Below are positions 10,744 through 21,311 of a DNA stretch of 57,636 bases, in pieces; positions within the stretch are counted from its first letter, which is position 1; each line of letters opens with the position of its first letter. The DNA is taken from the sequence record SRR31156797_1773. One strand, given 5' to 3'. The notes beneath the pieces are model-generated. The model was not told the origin of the DNA and searched no databases. It saw only the letters and a list, made by a program, of their open reading frames with translations. The position numbers and the translations under genes are program-made.

Positions 10744-11630
10744 AATACAATCCCTGCCGCAGGACCCTGCAAATTAATATTAATTTTAAGCGGTTCATTC
10801 AAAATCGTGCTTTCGTGTTTTAAATTCAGGATATTCCATCCAAACTTTAAACTTGTTGATTTTCCTGAACGATAGTTAGCGGAGAAATTAATCAGGCTCG
10901 AAGATTTGTTTTGGAGAAAAAAGCCACCAATATCTCCCTGAACAATAAATTGCCATCGATTTAATGTAAAGCTGTTTTTTATGCCCAGCAAAACCTCAAC
11001 CCAGCCATGGGTTAAGTCGAGCTTTAAACCGGTTCCGTTCAAGTCTGATTTGGCTTCCAGATAATGCCATCTTAAGCCTGTTAAACCATGTAAAGTATAT
11101 CTGAACTTTTTATTTTGTGAACTATAGCTAAATAATCGGTAACCAAATGCCAGCCTGCTGTTGATGGATCTGAACTGCGAAGAAATAATATCTTTGTTGT
11201 TGTAGTTGAACTTTATATTATGTCCCACATTCCCCGAATAATTATCAAGCTTTAAGAAAAAGCGATTGTGCTCAAACTTGACGGCACCAATAAAAAAGAA
11301 TTTCAAATACCAGTCGGTCGAAAAAATCCTGGAAATGATGTCACCATCTTCGTCGTCGTCGGGGTCTTCAGGGTCACCGGGATTATCTCCATCGCCGCCT
11401 TCAAAATCTATGTCGCCGTAGGCAAATTCACCACGAAACCCGGGTATCCAAAGCGGGATTTCCAATGCAAAAGGTTTGGCATTGGATAGGAAACTTTTTT
11501 GTGCGTGGAAATCCCGGATCGAATCCGCCCGGCTTTGCCCCCTGGATGAAAAAAACAGTCCGAGTAAAATTATCAGAACGAATGCAGTTCTGAAATTAAT
11601 AAGCCGGTTATGTCCTGAAAATGCATTCAT
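10710..11630 (-). CDS. Hypothetical secreted / outer-membrane beta-barrel-like protein with an acidic loop
   Basis: Hydrophobic N-terminal signal, alternating aromatic beta-strand pattern, GDGDNPGDPEDPDDDEDGD loop; starts 1 nt after the GH31 stop. Confidence 0.65.
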   Translation of the reverse strand: MNAFSGHNRLINFRTAFVLIILLGLFFSSRGQSRADSIRDFHAQKSFLSNAKPFALEIPLWIPGFRGEFAYGDIDFEGGDGDNPGDPEDPDDDEDGDIISRIFSTDWYLKFFFIGAVKFEHNRFFLKLDNYSGNVGHNIKFNYNNKDIISSQFRSINSRLAFGYRLFSYSSQNKKFRYTLHGLTGLRWHYLEAKSDLNGTGLKLDLTHGWVEVLLGIKNSFTLNRWQFIVQGDIGGFFLQNKSSSLINFSANYRSGKSTSLKFGWNILNLKHESTILNEPLKININLQGPAAGIVFYLGKARVSNF

Positions 11631-11631
11631 T

Positions 11632-14082
11632 TTACCATGTTACAATGATCTTTTTATTCAGATTTTGAAAAATAACCGATTTGCAATGCATGGTGTAATA
11701 ATCTTGTTTGTATGGTTTTTCGGAAGCTTTTTGAAAATTAACATCCAGCATTTCAAAACGCTGTGGTTTGCCATCTATCTTTACCATCTCCAGGTCTTCA
11801 AACCCATGGAAAATCAATTGAACAAATTTAAACTTGCTTTCCAACTCTCCCGTTTGAGCTTTGAACTCCACTTCATTGATCCCGGGTTTGTAAATCATTT
11901 TCCTGAGGTAAAAATTGCCATCCTGATATTGATAGGTTTCTCCATCATCCTCATAATATTCCCATTCTACATCACTGGGCTCGTCTGAAAAATAGAGGTG
12001 AACCATCAATGTATCCGATGGCTTTTCGGAGGTGCTTTGAACCGGCGATTGTATTGGGATCATACTGCCGGCTTTTACAAACACGGGCAGTTTATCAATG
12101 GGGCAGGAGGTGGTTATTTCCTGTTTTCCCTTAAAAAATTCGTCAGTATAAAAATCGTACCAGCCACCTTTTGGCAAATAGGCTTTGGTGATTTGTTTGG
12201 TGCTTTCCACCGGTATGATCAAAAGTGAAGGGCCAAACATAAACTGGTTTTCGTAAATCCACCAGAAAACCTTTTCGTCATCAGTATAATCGATTGCCAG
12301 GCTGCGATTCATAGGCATTCCGGTGATTGTGGATTCGCGCATGCCTGTGTAAACGTAAGGCAACAGGTTGTACCGAAGTTGAATGTAGTTTCTTGCAATG
12401 CGTTCGGTTTGTTCGCCAAAAACCCATGGTTCAGCACTGGCCGTGTTGATTGCAGTATGGCCTCGGAAGAAAGGTGTGAAAGCACCAATTTGTACCCACC
12501 GCGCAAATAGATCCGGTGTTGCATTTCCCCCGAAGCCACCAACATCCGATCCTGTAAATGAAACTCCCGAAAGGCCAAGACTGTTCACCAGCCTTACGCC
12601 CAGCAACATGTGTTCGTTGGTGGCCTGGTTGTCGCCGGTCCAGATGGCTGTATAGCGCTGCAGGCCTGCAAAACCTGCCCGGGTGATATTCATGGGCCGG
12701 CGGCCATTCATCAGTTTTTTGGTCCCTTCAAAAGTGCTTCTGGCCATTTGCATGCCATACATATTTTTGGCTTCGCGATAGGTGGTTTTGTCGCTTTCCC
12801 AATCAAATGCTATGAGTGATGGCGGCTGCTGTCCCCAGGTGGCGATCTCGTTCATGTCGTTCCAAAATCCATCAATGCCCATGTTCACGTAACCCATAAA
12901 TTTCTCGCCCCACCAGGTGCGGGTGTCAGGATTTGTGAAATCAGGAAAATGGCACCAGCCGGGCCACACCTGCGCGGTCCAGGGTTTGCCGTCAGGATAT
13001 TTTACAAAATGGTTGTAAGCCATGCCTTCGTCGTACGCCTGGTAGCCTTCTTCTACCTTGATTCCGGGATCAACAATTACAGCCGTGTGGAAATCGAGGG
13101 CTTTCAGTTTTCCCAATAATTCTTCAGGGTTGGAGAAATTTTCCGGATGCCAGGTGAAGATTTTGTAGGCATCCATGTAATCGATGTCGAGATAAATTAC
13201 ATCTGCCGGGATTTTCTTTTGCCTGAAAGTGGTGGCAATATCCAAAACTTCCGTGTCAGGTGAGTAACTCCACCGGCACTGCTGATAGCCCAGCGACCAG
13301 AGAGGTGGCATTTGCATCCGGCCGGTAAGCCAGGTGTATGATTTGATGATGTCCGCAACTTTTTCGTGATAGATGAAATAATAATCCATCTCGCCATCAT
13401 CAGCAGAAAAATAGGAAAACCTGTCGTTGGAAGCTGCAAAATTGAAAACAGTCCGGTAGGAATTATCCAGGAAGATTCCATATTTCAATCCATTGTGCAA
13501 ACCAATATAAAAGGGGATGGAAGCATACAGCGGATCAGAATTGCTGTCGTAATTGGGGTTGTCCGTATTCCAGTTCACGTAGGCTTCACCCCGTTTATCC
13601 AGGTGCCCGGTTTTCTCACCAAGTCCCAAAAACTGCTCTCCGGGTTGCAGGGTTTTGTATGTAGTTACTTCTGTCCCAATCCAGGATGTCCCAAAATCAG
13701 TATCATCTTCACTGATAATCTTCCCGTCCTTGGTTTTAAAAGTAAACCGGAGCGGTTCTTTATTTACAAACAGATCCAGCGAATCGGTGCTGATAAAAAA
13801 CGTTTCATTGTCTTCACCATAATCAAAATTTCCACGGATCATCTCACCCACAACGGCGTAAGAAAAATCAGGGCCGAATCCTTTGGCAATTCGAATCCTG
13901 AACACATTGGGCGAAAAGATGGTAACTATGGCTGTGCCATTTGTTGTGGTGAAGGTGAAGGTTTGTTTTACCTTGTTTTTATCCACTTCGGTAAGGTTAC
14001 CAAGTGAGTTGTTGAGGTTATTTTGTGAATAGGTTGCTGTTGCCAAAATGAGCAGAATTATGAGTCCGATTTGTTTTTTCAT
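11632..14082 (-). CDS. Glycoside hydrolase family 31 (alpha-glucosidase-like), secreted
   Basis: GLGEK, LGYQQCRWSY, YLDIDYMD, nucleophile motif GFWNDMNE, WTGDN, GSDVGGF, FFRGH, YYEDDGET. Confidence 0.95.
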   Translation of the reverse strand: MKKQIGLIILLILATATYSQNNLNNSLGNLTEVDKNKVKQTFTFTTTNGTAIVTIFSPNVFRIRIAKGFGPDFSYAVVGEMIRGNFDYGEDNETFFISTDSLDLFVNKEPLRFTFKTKDGKIISEDDTDFGTSWIGTEVTTYKTLQPGEQFLGLGEKTGHLDKRGEAYVNWNTDNPNYDSNSDPLYASIPFYIGLHNGLKYGIFLDNSYRTVFNFAASNDRFSYFSADDGEMDYYFIYHEKVADIIKSYTWLTGRMQMPPLWSLGYQQCRWSYSPDTEVLDIATTFRQKKIPADVIYLDIDYMDAYKIFTWHPENFSNPEELLGKLKALDFHTAVIVDPGIKVEEGYQAYDEGMAYNHFVKYPDGKPWTAQVWPGWCHFPDFTNPDTRTWWGEKFMGYVNMGIDGFWNDMNEIATWGQQPPSLIAFDWESDKTTYREAKNMYGMQMARSTFEGTKKLMNGRRPMNITRAGFAGLQRYTAIWTGDNQATNEHMLLGVRLVNSLGLSGVSFTGSDVGGFGGNATPDLFARWVQIGAFTPFFRGHTAINTASAEPWVFGEQTERIARNYIQLRYNLLPYVYTGMRESTITGMPMNRSLAIDYTDDEKVFWWIYENQFMFGPSLLIIPVESTKQITKAYLPKGGWYDFYTDEFFKGKQEITTSCPIDKLPVFVKAGSMIPIQSPVQSTSEKPSDTLMVHLYFSDEPSDVEWEYYEDDGETYQYQDGNFYLRKMIYKPGINEVEFKAQTGELESKFKFVQLIFHGFEDLEMVKIDGKPQRFEMLDVNFQKASEKPYKQDYYTMHCKSVIFQNLNKKIIVTW

Positions 14083-14142
14083 AAGTAATTCGCCGGGCAG
14101 TTTGAACTGCTGATGGTTTAATGAAAGTGGAAAAAGTTTTAT

Positions 14143-15531
14143 TTATTTTATGTAGATCCTGTAATCCCAGGGCTTCAGCTTCAACTGATGATTTTCGATG
14201 AAAGTAACTTTTTTATTGCTGAATGCATCCGTGTATTCACCGGTAAAACCATTTCCTGAAAGTTTTATTTCTAATTCATCACCTGAAAGATTAATGATGG
14301 TGAAGACGGTATTTTCATTTTTTGTACGGGTAAAAGTCACTACTTTCTCTTCAATATTGTTTTTTACCGGAACGTATTCGCCGCCATAATTCCCATTCCA
14401 CAAGGCCTGGTTGCGTTTCTTGAGATTGAGCAGGTTTCTGTAAAAACCTTCCAGCGGGTAGTCTTTCCAGTCAACCGGATCATGCTCAAAAAATTCCAGT
14501 GCTTTATCGTTGGCTGCTTCCTGACCTGTGTAAATAAGTGGCATTCCGGGCACTGTTGCCATCAACACGGCAAAGGCATCACGCCCTTCACCATAGCGTT
14601 CAGCGGTCGTACCGTTCCACGAATTTTCATCGTGGTTTGTGGTAAAATTCATTTTGTATGCTCCTGCAGGTATTTTGGTTTTCAGCTCTTCAAAATATCG
14701 GGTTACCACATCTGCAGTGGTATCGCCTTTGGCAATGAGGTTACTCAGGTGATGGAAATGCCATCCGTAATCCATATCGAAAGCTTCTTCCAAAAGTTCG
14801 GGCTTATTGGCTTCAGCAAGCATGAAAACCGGTTTAATTTCATCCAGTTCAACACGAGCCTGGTTCCAGAATTCAGTAGGTACCATGCCTGCAACATCGC
14901 AGCGAAACCCATCGATATCAACCTCACGCACCCAAAATTCCATTTCACCAATCATCACATCCCATAGCTCCTTGTTTTCAAAATTGAGTTGTACCACATC
15001 CGACCAGCCAAAAGGTGCATACATTTGGCCTGTGGAGTCCAGGTCATAATATTCAGGATGTTTGGTGACCCATGCATGATCCCATGCTGTGTGATTTGCT
15101 ACCCAGTCGATGATCAGCTTCATACCCAGTTCGTGGGCAAGCTTTACCATATTTTTAAATTCACTGATGTTACCAAATTCGGGATTCACAGCCGTATAAT
15201 CCTGAACTGAATAATAGCTTCCCAGCCCGCCTTTTCGATTTTCTTTACCGATGGGATGCACCGGCATGATCCACAGGATTTCTACGCCCATATTTTTTAA
15301 TCTTGGCATTTGTTTCATAAAACCCTGCAATGTGCCCTCCCTGGAGAATTGCCTGAGGTTAACCTCGTAAATGTTGGCATCTTTGGACCAGTCGGGGTGT
15401 ACCACCTGACTTACATTGGCCTGTACTTTTTCAGTTGGGGTATCGGCCTTTTCGTCTTGCTTTTTTGTTGAGGTGTTGCATGAAGCAAATACAATCCCGA
15501 GAATCAGTAAAAACAATAAGTTCTTTTTCAT
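14143..15531 (-). CDS. Glycoside hydrolase family 13 (alpha-amylase family) lipoprotein
   Basis: Lipobox FASC; IYEVNLRQ, DWVANHT, DGFRCDVAG, LAEA, NHDENSW. Confidence 0.93.
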   Translation of the reverse strand: MKKNLLFLLILGIVFASCNTSTKKQDEKADTPTEKVQANVSQVVHPDWSKDANIYEVNLRQFSREGTLQGFMKQMPRLKNMGVEILWIMPVHPIGKENRKGGLGSYYSVQDYTAVNPEFGNISEFKNMVKLAHELGMKLIIDWVANHTAWDHAWVTKHPEYYDLDSTGQMYAPFGWSDVVQLNFENKELWDVMIGEMEFWVREVDIDGFRCDVAGMVPTEFWNQARVELDEIKPVFMLAEANKPELLEEAFDMDYGWHFHHLSNLIAKGDTTADVVTRYFEELKTKIPAGAYKMNFTTNHDENSWNGTTAERYGEGRDAFAVLMATVPGMPLIYTGQEAANDKALEFFEHDPVDWKDYPLEGFYRNLLNLKKRNQALWNGNYGGEYVPVKNNIEEKVVTFTRTKNENTVFTIINLSGDELEIKLSGNGFTGEYTDAFSNKKVTFIENHQLKLKPWDYRIYIK

Positions 15532-15630
15532 GAAATGGAAGTTTTAATTATTTCGATTTGATTGAAGCCAGCACATTTGGTTTTGACTATTTTTGACAAA
15601 AATAATTGAAAAATCAAATTGCTTTAGCTG

Positions 15631-16920
15631 ATGATAACCGATAAACTGATTCCAGAAAAGCTGGATCTGGTGATGCGTGATGATGACTTTGTGATTTATT
15701 ACGACGGTAAACCGATGAAAACTCCTGGTGGAGCACTTCTTGCTCACAGCAATGCGCGTGTGCTCAAACATATATTGATAAAGCTGCACCTGAACGCTTC
15801 TATCATTACAAAGAAGTTAAACAGTACCCATATTTTTACCTTTTTACTGGATTATATTTTAAAAGGGCATGATTTAATTGCTTCGAATTTTGAACTGGTT
15901 TTTAATCATGATTTTGTGATCATGGCGCATATGGGAGGCGATCCGGGCAAAATACACTCGAAAGATGTTGCCATCGAATATTTAATGCAGCATCCTTACC
16001 TGATGAGTCTTGTTTTTTGGAGCAATTCGGTGATCATTGAGGGTTTTAAAAGTTTTCTTAGCGGAATCGATGAACAGGCCGGTGATGAAGCTGCCAGTCC
16101 CCTGATTAAAAGGGTGAAGCGGAAATATGATGAACTTTCTGATGCACGGAAAGCCGGTGTAAACCTTCTGTCGATGCACCACAAAAATGGTTTGATTTTA
16201 CCCATGATGTTGGTACTGGGGTACATTTCACCTTCAGAATATGCAAATAGCACCTTGTCCGTGCAGGCCCGGCAGACAGACGATGGAAATCTTTTAAATG
16301 TGCTTGCTATGGCAGAAGAGGCCGGGGTAGAGTCATTTAATCTGGATGCTGAAGACCCACTTGGTTTTGTACGTGTTGTGCATGAGGAAGCCCTCAAGAC
16401 CCTTGAATTTCTTGGGTTCTTTAAGTCGGGACAGCGAAAAATTTCCGTTATCAACGAGTTGATAAGCCTTGGTGAAAGCGATCAGGTTGAATTCAAATCA
16501 ACGTTCCGCTGGGATATCCGCCAGGGAAAAAAGAACCCGGCCATCGAACATGCCTCACTCAAAACCATGGCTGCATTTCTTAATTCTGAAGGTGGCGATT
16601 TGCTTATTGGAGTAGAAGATGATGGAAATATCCTGGGCGTTGAACTGGATAACTTTCCCAACGACGATAAATTTCTGCTTCACCTATGGTCGCTCATCAA
16701 ATCATCGATGGGGCAGGACATTAGTCCGTTTATCAAAACCACATTGGAAAAAATGGATGGGAAAACGGTTTGCCGGGTGCATTGCCTGCCAGGTTCCAAG
16801 CCGGTTTTTTTGCGTCAAAAAGGTTTTGATGAGTCCTTTTATATCCGCATTGGCCCATCAAGTGGCAGGCTCGAAATCAGTGAGGCCTTAAAATATATTG
16901 CCGACAGGTTTAAATCCTGA
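15631..16920 (+). CDS. Schlafen/AlbA_2 domain protein with ATP12-chaperone-like N-terminal region
   Basis: C-terminal GESDQVEFKST, AAFLNSEGGDLLIGVEDDG..LG, FYIRIG; N-terminal FVIYYDGKPMKTPGG resembles the ATP12 LDGRxxKTP motif. Confidence 0.8.
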   Translation: MITDKLIPEKLDLVMRDDDFVIYYDGKPMKTPGGALLAHSNARVLKHILIKLHLNASIITKKLNSTHIFTFLLDYILKGHDLIASNFELVFNHDFVIMAHMGGDPGKIHSKDVAIEYLMQHPYLMSLVFWSNSVIIEGFKSFLSGIDEQAGDEAASPLIKRVKRKYDELSDARKAGVNLLSMHHKNGLILPMMLVLGYISPSEYANSTLSVQARQTDDGNLLNVLAMAEEAGVESFNLDAEDPLGFVRVVHEEALKTLEFLGFFKSGQRKISVINELISLGESDQVEFKSTFRWDIRQGKKNPAIEHASLKTMAAFLNSEGGDLLIGVEDDGNILGVELDNFPNDDKFLLHLWSLIKSSMGQDISPFIKTTLEKMDGKTVCRVHCLPGSKPVFLRQKGFDESFYIRIGPSSGRLEISEALKYIADRFKS

Positions 16921-16924
16921 CGAT

Positions 16925-17395
16925 TCAGAGTTTAAAAATCAGCCTGTCGCCCTCAAAGTTTACTTTATCCATTTTTTTGCCTGCTTTTTTCAGGTTATCA
17001 AAACCGAGGATGCAAATAAAAGCACCCACTGCAGTAACACCAACTCCCAAATCCATGAGGTTTTGGCGATCGTCTCTGTAACCCAGATATGCCACCGTTC
17101 CACCAACCAGGGCTATCCCGGCTCCGAATTTGAGATTTCTTGAAGCTTTGATCATTTCTTCGCCTGGTGTGGTATAAAAATTATTCACCAGGTGTGCTGC
17201 AGTTTCGTCCATGGCCAGCGCATGATGCACCTCCTCAGACCCCTTAAACTCAGTGAAAAATATACTGTCATTTCGGATTTCCTCGATTACGCATTCATAC
17301 CTTACACCGCTTTTCAGATATACCACATCAATATCTTTTTGCGCAAATGATAGGAAGGATGCCATGAGCAATGGCAAGGCTAATAATCTTTTCAT
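16925..17395 (-). CDS. Hypothetical secreted protein with C-terminal hydrophobic hairpin
   Basis: Signal peptide ending SFAQ, DVVYLKSG motif, two Gly-rich hydrophobic segments. Confidence 0.75.
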   Translation of the reverse strand: MKRLLALPLLMASFLSFAQKDIDVVYLKSGVRYECVIEEIRNDSIFFTEFKGSEEVHHALAMDETAAHLVNNFYTTPGEEMIKASRNLKFGAGIALVGGTVAYLGYRDDRQNLMDLGVGVTAVGAFICILGFDNLKKAGKKMDKVNFEGDRLIFKL

Positions 17396-17493
17396 CTGTC
17401 CCCTTTTTTGATTTTGTTTGCCCTACAAAGTAAATGAATTTTTAGATTTTTTAAGGGTTAAAATGGGCAAAATACGGGATGAGCTGTTTTTTA

Positions 17494-18897
17494 CTATCCA
17501 TAAGTCAGGCCGGTAAGATCCAGTATTTTGACGGTCGGGTTGTGGTCGAGGTGTGACCTGATGATGGAATGAACATGCTTGTTTTCGGTGTATGGTTTCA
17601 CAGCGTCCTTCATGAAATCGATATTATTTCCGGTATCTCCATGCAATGATATAAACCCAAAACCATGATATCTGCCATGCTCTATCCATACCACGGATTG
17701 CTCATCATCCGTCCTGCCCTCGCCAAGGATCATAAAACTGGCGTTTTTGTATGCATATCGCTCGATGGCTTTATCAACACGGGCATTGTATTCATCAGGA
17801 GATTCTTCACCAATGCAGGCGCCATAACATGCTTTGATTTTGTATTGAAAACATGAGTTTTTCGAATCGTACAAACCACATAGTTTCTGACAAAGGTTGT
17901 GGTCTTCACACAGTTGAAAAAGGAAATTTTTTGCCGACATTGATGAGTTAAACGTGGTGAGAGGAGGATCGCCGTCGCAGTCATCCAACTTACAGATTTT
18001 CAAACGAAGATATCCCTCTTCGTCGGGGAAGCAAAACAGGCCATGGTTATACATGCTGCGGCGTTGTGCCCGGTTAAACTGCGGAAGGTGTTTTTGAATT
18101 TCATGCGATTCGAGCAACAGTGCAATCAGTTCGTTGCCGGTTTGTTCACAGGTGATCTGTGCCACCTTGTTCTTCATTTCCAGAGCGCGTTTGGTTGAAC
18201 AATTGGAAAGGTGCGACAACACACGGCTTTTGATATTTTTGCTTTTTCCCACATAAATAATGTTGCCTTTTTCATCCAGGAAGTAATACACGCCGGGTTC
18301 CTCGGGCAGGGCTTTAATGTCTTGCTGATCCAGGTTGCTATTGAGGCCCTGCAAATTGATCTCAGCGGGATTTGGGTCAATAGATAGTAAGAACGAAAAC
18401 AGGTCGGCAGTTGCCCGGGCATCGCCAATCGCCCTATGCGGCTGGTGGTTTGTTATTTCCAGTTCCTCACAAATATTTTTCAGGCTGTACGATCTTTTGT
18501 GTGGTACCAGTTTCCGGCTTAGCTTTACGGTGCAAAGTTTTTCACGCCTAAAATCGTAACCCAGATATTTGAATTCCTGCCTGAGGAAATTGTAATCGAA
18601 ACTGGCATTGTGGGCAACAAGGATACAATCTTCTGTCATTTCCACGACCTGTTTGGCGACTTCAAAAAATTTGGGCGCATTTTCAACCATGCGGTCGCTG
18701 ATGCCGGTAAGTTGTTGTATCCGATAGGGAATGCGCTGTTCCGGGTTGATGAGCGAACTAAACTCATCAATTACCCGTGAACCATCATGTATCAAAATGG
18801 CTATTTCGGTGATCTTCCCGTTTTTGTAGCTGGTGCCGGTGGTTTCAACATCAACAATGGCATATTTTAAACCTTCCGATTTATTGTTATCGCCCAT
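17494..18897 (-). CDS. DEDDh 3'-5' exonuclease (DnaQ-like) fused to GIY-YIG (UvrC/Cho-like) nuclease
   Basis: DVETTG, AHNASFD, HRAIGDA; PGVYYF...IIYVGKSKNIKSRV..H; Cys cluster LCQKLC...CF...C.GAC. Confidence 0.92.
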   Translation of the reverse strand: MGDNNKSEGLKYAIVDVETTGTSYKNGKITEIAILIHDGSRVIDEFSSLINPEQRIPYRIQQLTGISDRMVENAPKFFEVAKQVVEMTEDCILVAHNASFDYNFLRQEFKYLGYDFRREKLCTVKLSRKLVPHKRSYSLKNICEELEITNHQPHRAIGDARATADLFSFLLSIDPNPAEINLQGLNSNLDQQDIKALPEEPGVYYFLDEKGNIIYVGKSKNIKSRVLSHLSNCSTKRALEMKNKVAQITCEQTGNELIALLLESHEIQKHLPQFNRAQRRSMYNHGLFCFPDEEGYLRLKICKLDDCDGDPPLTTFNSSMSAKNFLFQLCEDHNLCQKLCGLYDSKNSCFQYKIKACYGACIGEESPDEYNARVDKAIERYAYKNASFMILGEGRTDDEQSVVWIEHGRYHGFGFISLHGDTGNNIDFMKDAVKPYTENKHVHSIIRSHLDHNPTVKILDLTGLTYG

Positions 18898-18912
18898 GAA
18901 AACATATAAGAT

Positions 18913-19095
18913 TTAGGCGCCTGCAAATTTGAGCACCTCGTAAACAAGGAAAACCGGCCAGACAAATGATTTAAGTAAGCCAAGCAACCCAAGCCAGAAA
19001 CTTGTTGCGGTTGAAATGTAATAGATGGCAGCCCCAATGAGGCCAAAAGCATAAACTGCCGATGATTGAGGGCTTTTTTGGATTTGATTTTTCAT
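18913..19095 (-). CDS. Small membrane protein (60 aa)
   Basis: Two hydrophobic segments (AVYAFGLIGAAIYYI; FWLGLLGLLKSFVWPVFLVY); co-oriented 15 nt upstream of the exonuclease gene. Confidence 0.75.
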   Translation of the reverse strand: MKNQIQKSPQSSAVYAFGLIGAAIYYISTATSFWLGLLGLLKSFVWPVFLVYEVLKFAGA

Positions 19096-19287
19096 CAGAT
19101 AAAGTGTTGGTTTGGATCACAAATATCTAAAATCTTTACACGCATTTTGAACAAAGTGATAATTTTCTCAGGTCTGCAACAAAATTATAGATGTTGCGAC
19201 ATTCTGCCTTGAACATCATTGTTAAACCCGATTGGTTATTCAGGATGGTTGTTGTTGACAAGTAAAATTATCAAGAATCCGATATGA

Positions 19288-19881
19288 TTAATTCAGGGTT
19301 GGTTCTGAAGGGAAATTCGTCCAGTGTTTGTATTTTTCGCCAAGATCCAGCAGGGAATCCTGCCACATGGAATCTGTTTCTGCGTTCATTACCTGATCAG
19401 ATGTAAGATTTGAAACAAGCCAACTGTCGCGTTTGAGTTCCTTGTCTAACTGTTTGGGCATCCAACCGGAGTAACCAATAAAAAAGCGTGAATTTTCCTC
19501 ATTGAGGCGGCCAATTAAAATCAGTTCCCTAACTTTTTCAAGATCACCACCCCAATACAGGCCTTCCAGTATAGGCAGGCTTTCCTCAATCAGGTCGCCG
19601 AGTGTGTGAATGTAAAACAGGCTGTCGGTTTTAACCGGACCACCCAAATATATACGCGATTCAAATTCAGGGAAGTCTTTTACAACTTCGTTAAAGCTTA
19701 CTGCCATGGGTTTATTGATGATCACCCCAAAAGTGCCGTCCTTATTATGTTCAGCAAGCAAAACAACCGATCTTTTAAAATAATAATCAAACAGGAAAGG
19801 TTCCGAAATCAGGATCTTACCGGGCCCTGGTTTTATGTTATTGGTTTTAATACGTATGAGGTCATCAAAATTTTCCATCAC
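19288..19881 (-). CDS. yqgE: YqgE/AlgH family protein
   Basis: FKRSVVLLAEH..GTFGVIINKP, YLGGPV, FFIGYSGW...QL..EL...SW, C-terminal P..PTLN. Confidence 0.92.
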   Translation of the reverse strand: MMENFDDLIRIKTNNIKPGPGKILISEPFLFDYYFKRSVVLLAEHNKDGTFGVIINKPMAVSFNEVVKDFPEFESRIYLGGPVKTDSLFYIHTLGDLIEESLPILEGLYWGGDLEKVRELILIGRLNEENSRFFIGYSGWMPKQLDKELKRDSWLVSNLTSDQVMNAETDSMWQDSLLDLGEKYKHWTNFPSEPTLN

Positions 19882-19943
19882 TCAAAATTAATTATCTACT
19901 TTTGAAATTCAAAACAAATATTGGTCTTTCATAAATATTTAAC

Positions 19944-21311
19944 ATGTCATTAACGAACAGGACGCACGTTTTCAAAGCATTACGAAAAAAGCACCCGGTT
20001 CTTATTTATGAAAGACATCATATTTCAAAAAAACCGGATGGCCTCCATGTTTCTTTTGCCTTCAATTTGTCCGGTGAAATCACTTTTCGCCCCGAACTTT
20101 TTTTACCAGAACCGAAAGAAGGTTTCGGTTTAATAAACCGGGAAGAATTAGAACTTCTTGTTTTCCATATCGGGATGATCGAATTGATCAGCTACTGGAA
20201 AAGTGCTTGTCCGCCGGTAGTAAAAGTAAAGGCGTTTCAGCTGTCAGAAAAGCAGATTAAATTCTGGAAGAAACTTTGGTATAATGGGTTGGGTGAATTT
20301 TTTTATACCAATGGAATTGAGGTTGGGATGTCGGATTTTCTGGAATTATCCTGTGAAGGAAGTCGTTCGGCTAAGCCTTTCAATTACAGTCCAAATCATA
20401 AAATTATGGTTCCGGTTGGTGGCGGAAAAGATTCGGTAGTTACCCTTGAGTTGCTGAAAAATGCAGATAAAAACCTGATTCCTTTTATCATGAACCCCAG
20501 GCCGGCCAGCGTGAGGTCTGCAAAACAGGCTGGTTTGGATGAAGATGAAATACTGATTGCAAAAAGGACTTTGGACAAGCAACTGATTGACTTAAATAAA
20601 AGGGGATACCTGAACGGGCATACCCCATTTTCTGCATTGCTGGCTTTTGTAACATTGTTGGCTGCAAGGCTCAATGGCACCGGAAATATTGCCCTCTCCA
20701 ACGAATCCAGCGCTAACGAGCCAACAATTCCCGGAACACATATTAATCATCAATATTCCAAATCTGTCGAGTTTGAATCTGATTTCAGGAATTACGTCTC
20801 TGAGTTTATCAGCCCGGAGTTCAATTATTTTAGCTTTTTGAGGCCCTTGAATGAGTTGCAGATTGCAAACCTGTTTTCAAAGTTTCCACATCATTACAAA
20901 ACATTCAGAAGTTGTAACGTGGGCAGCAAAACAGATTCGTGGTGTGGAAAATGTCCCAAATGTTTGTTTACCAGAATTATTCTGGGGCCATTTATCGCTA
21001 CAGAAAAAATGAAAAAAATATTTGGACTGGAGATTTTGAATGATCCTGCGATGATAAACACTTTTGATGAACTGACCGGCATTGCAGATGAAAAACCATT
21101 TGAATGTGTGGGCACGGTGGATGAAGTTAATGCGGCTTTGGAAATGATGGTATTTCAAGCCGGGTCTACTGATTTACCTTTGTTGTTGAAACGGTTTCAG
21201 GATCAGATAAAACAAAGGACGGCCAGGCCGGGTAAACTTCTGGAGCAATTCAACCACCGGCATTTTCTAAAACCAGACCTGGAAAGACTGATTAAAGAAA
21301 ATATTTCATGA
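19944..21311 (+). CDS. murL: UDP-MurNAc-L-Ala-L-Glu epimerase MurL-like
   Basis: ISYWKSACP, VPVGGGKDS, LNGHTPFSA, SNESSA, NHQYSKS.EFE, FRSCN...WCGKCPKCLF, KPFECVG; coupled to a murD homolog. Confidence 0.85.
   Translation: MSLTNRTHVFKALRKKHPVLIYERHHISKKPDGLHVSFAFNLSGEITFRPELFLPEPKEGFGLINREELELLVFHIGMIELISYWKSACPPVVKVKAFQLSEKQIKFWKKLWYNGLGEFFYTNGIEVGMSDFLELSCEGSRSAKPFNYSPNHKIMVPVGGGKDSVVTLELLKNADKNLIPFIMNPRPASVRSAKQAGLDEDEILIAKRTLDKQLIDLNKRGYLNGHTPFSALLAFVTLLAARLNGTGNIALSNESSANEPTIPGTHINHQYSKSVEFESDFRNYVSEFISPEFNYFSFLRPLNELQIANLFSKFPHHYKTFRSCNVGSKTDSWCGKCPKCLFTRIILGPFIATEKMKKIFGLEILNDPAMINTFDELTGIADEKPFECVGTVDEVNAALEMMVFQAGSTDLPLLLKRFQDQIKQRTARPGKLLEQFNHRHFLKPDLERLIKENIS

Noticed and set aside
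11476-11988. 170 aa plus-strand ORF, and similar ones such as 13366-14007, 14482-14967, 25594-26064 and 6016-6492
   Set aside because: Antisense or out-of-frame shadows of well-supported genes, with no recognisable motifs
17494-18897. Exonuclease/GIY-YIG fusion near the Schlafen gene as part of a defence island
   Set aside because: This fusion is a common Bacteroidota repair-type gene and no other defence or mobility genes are adjacent
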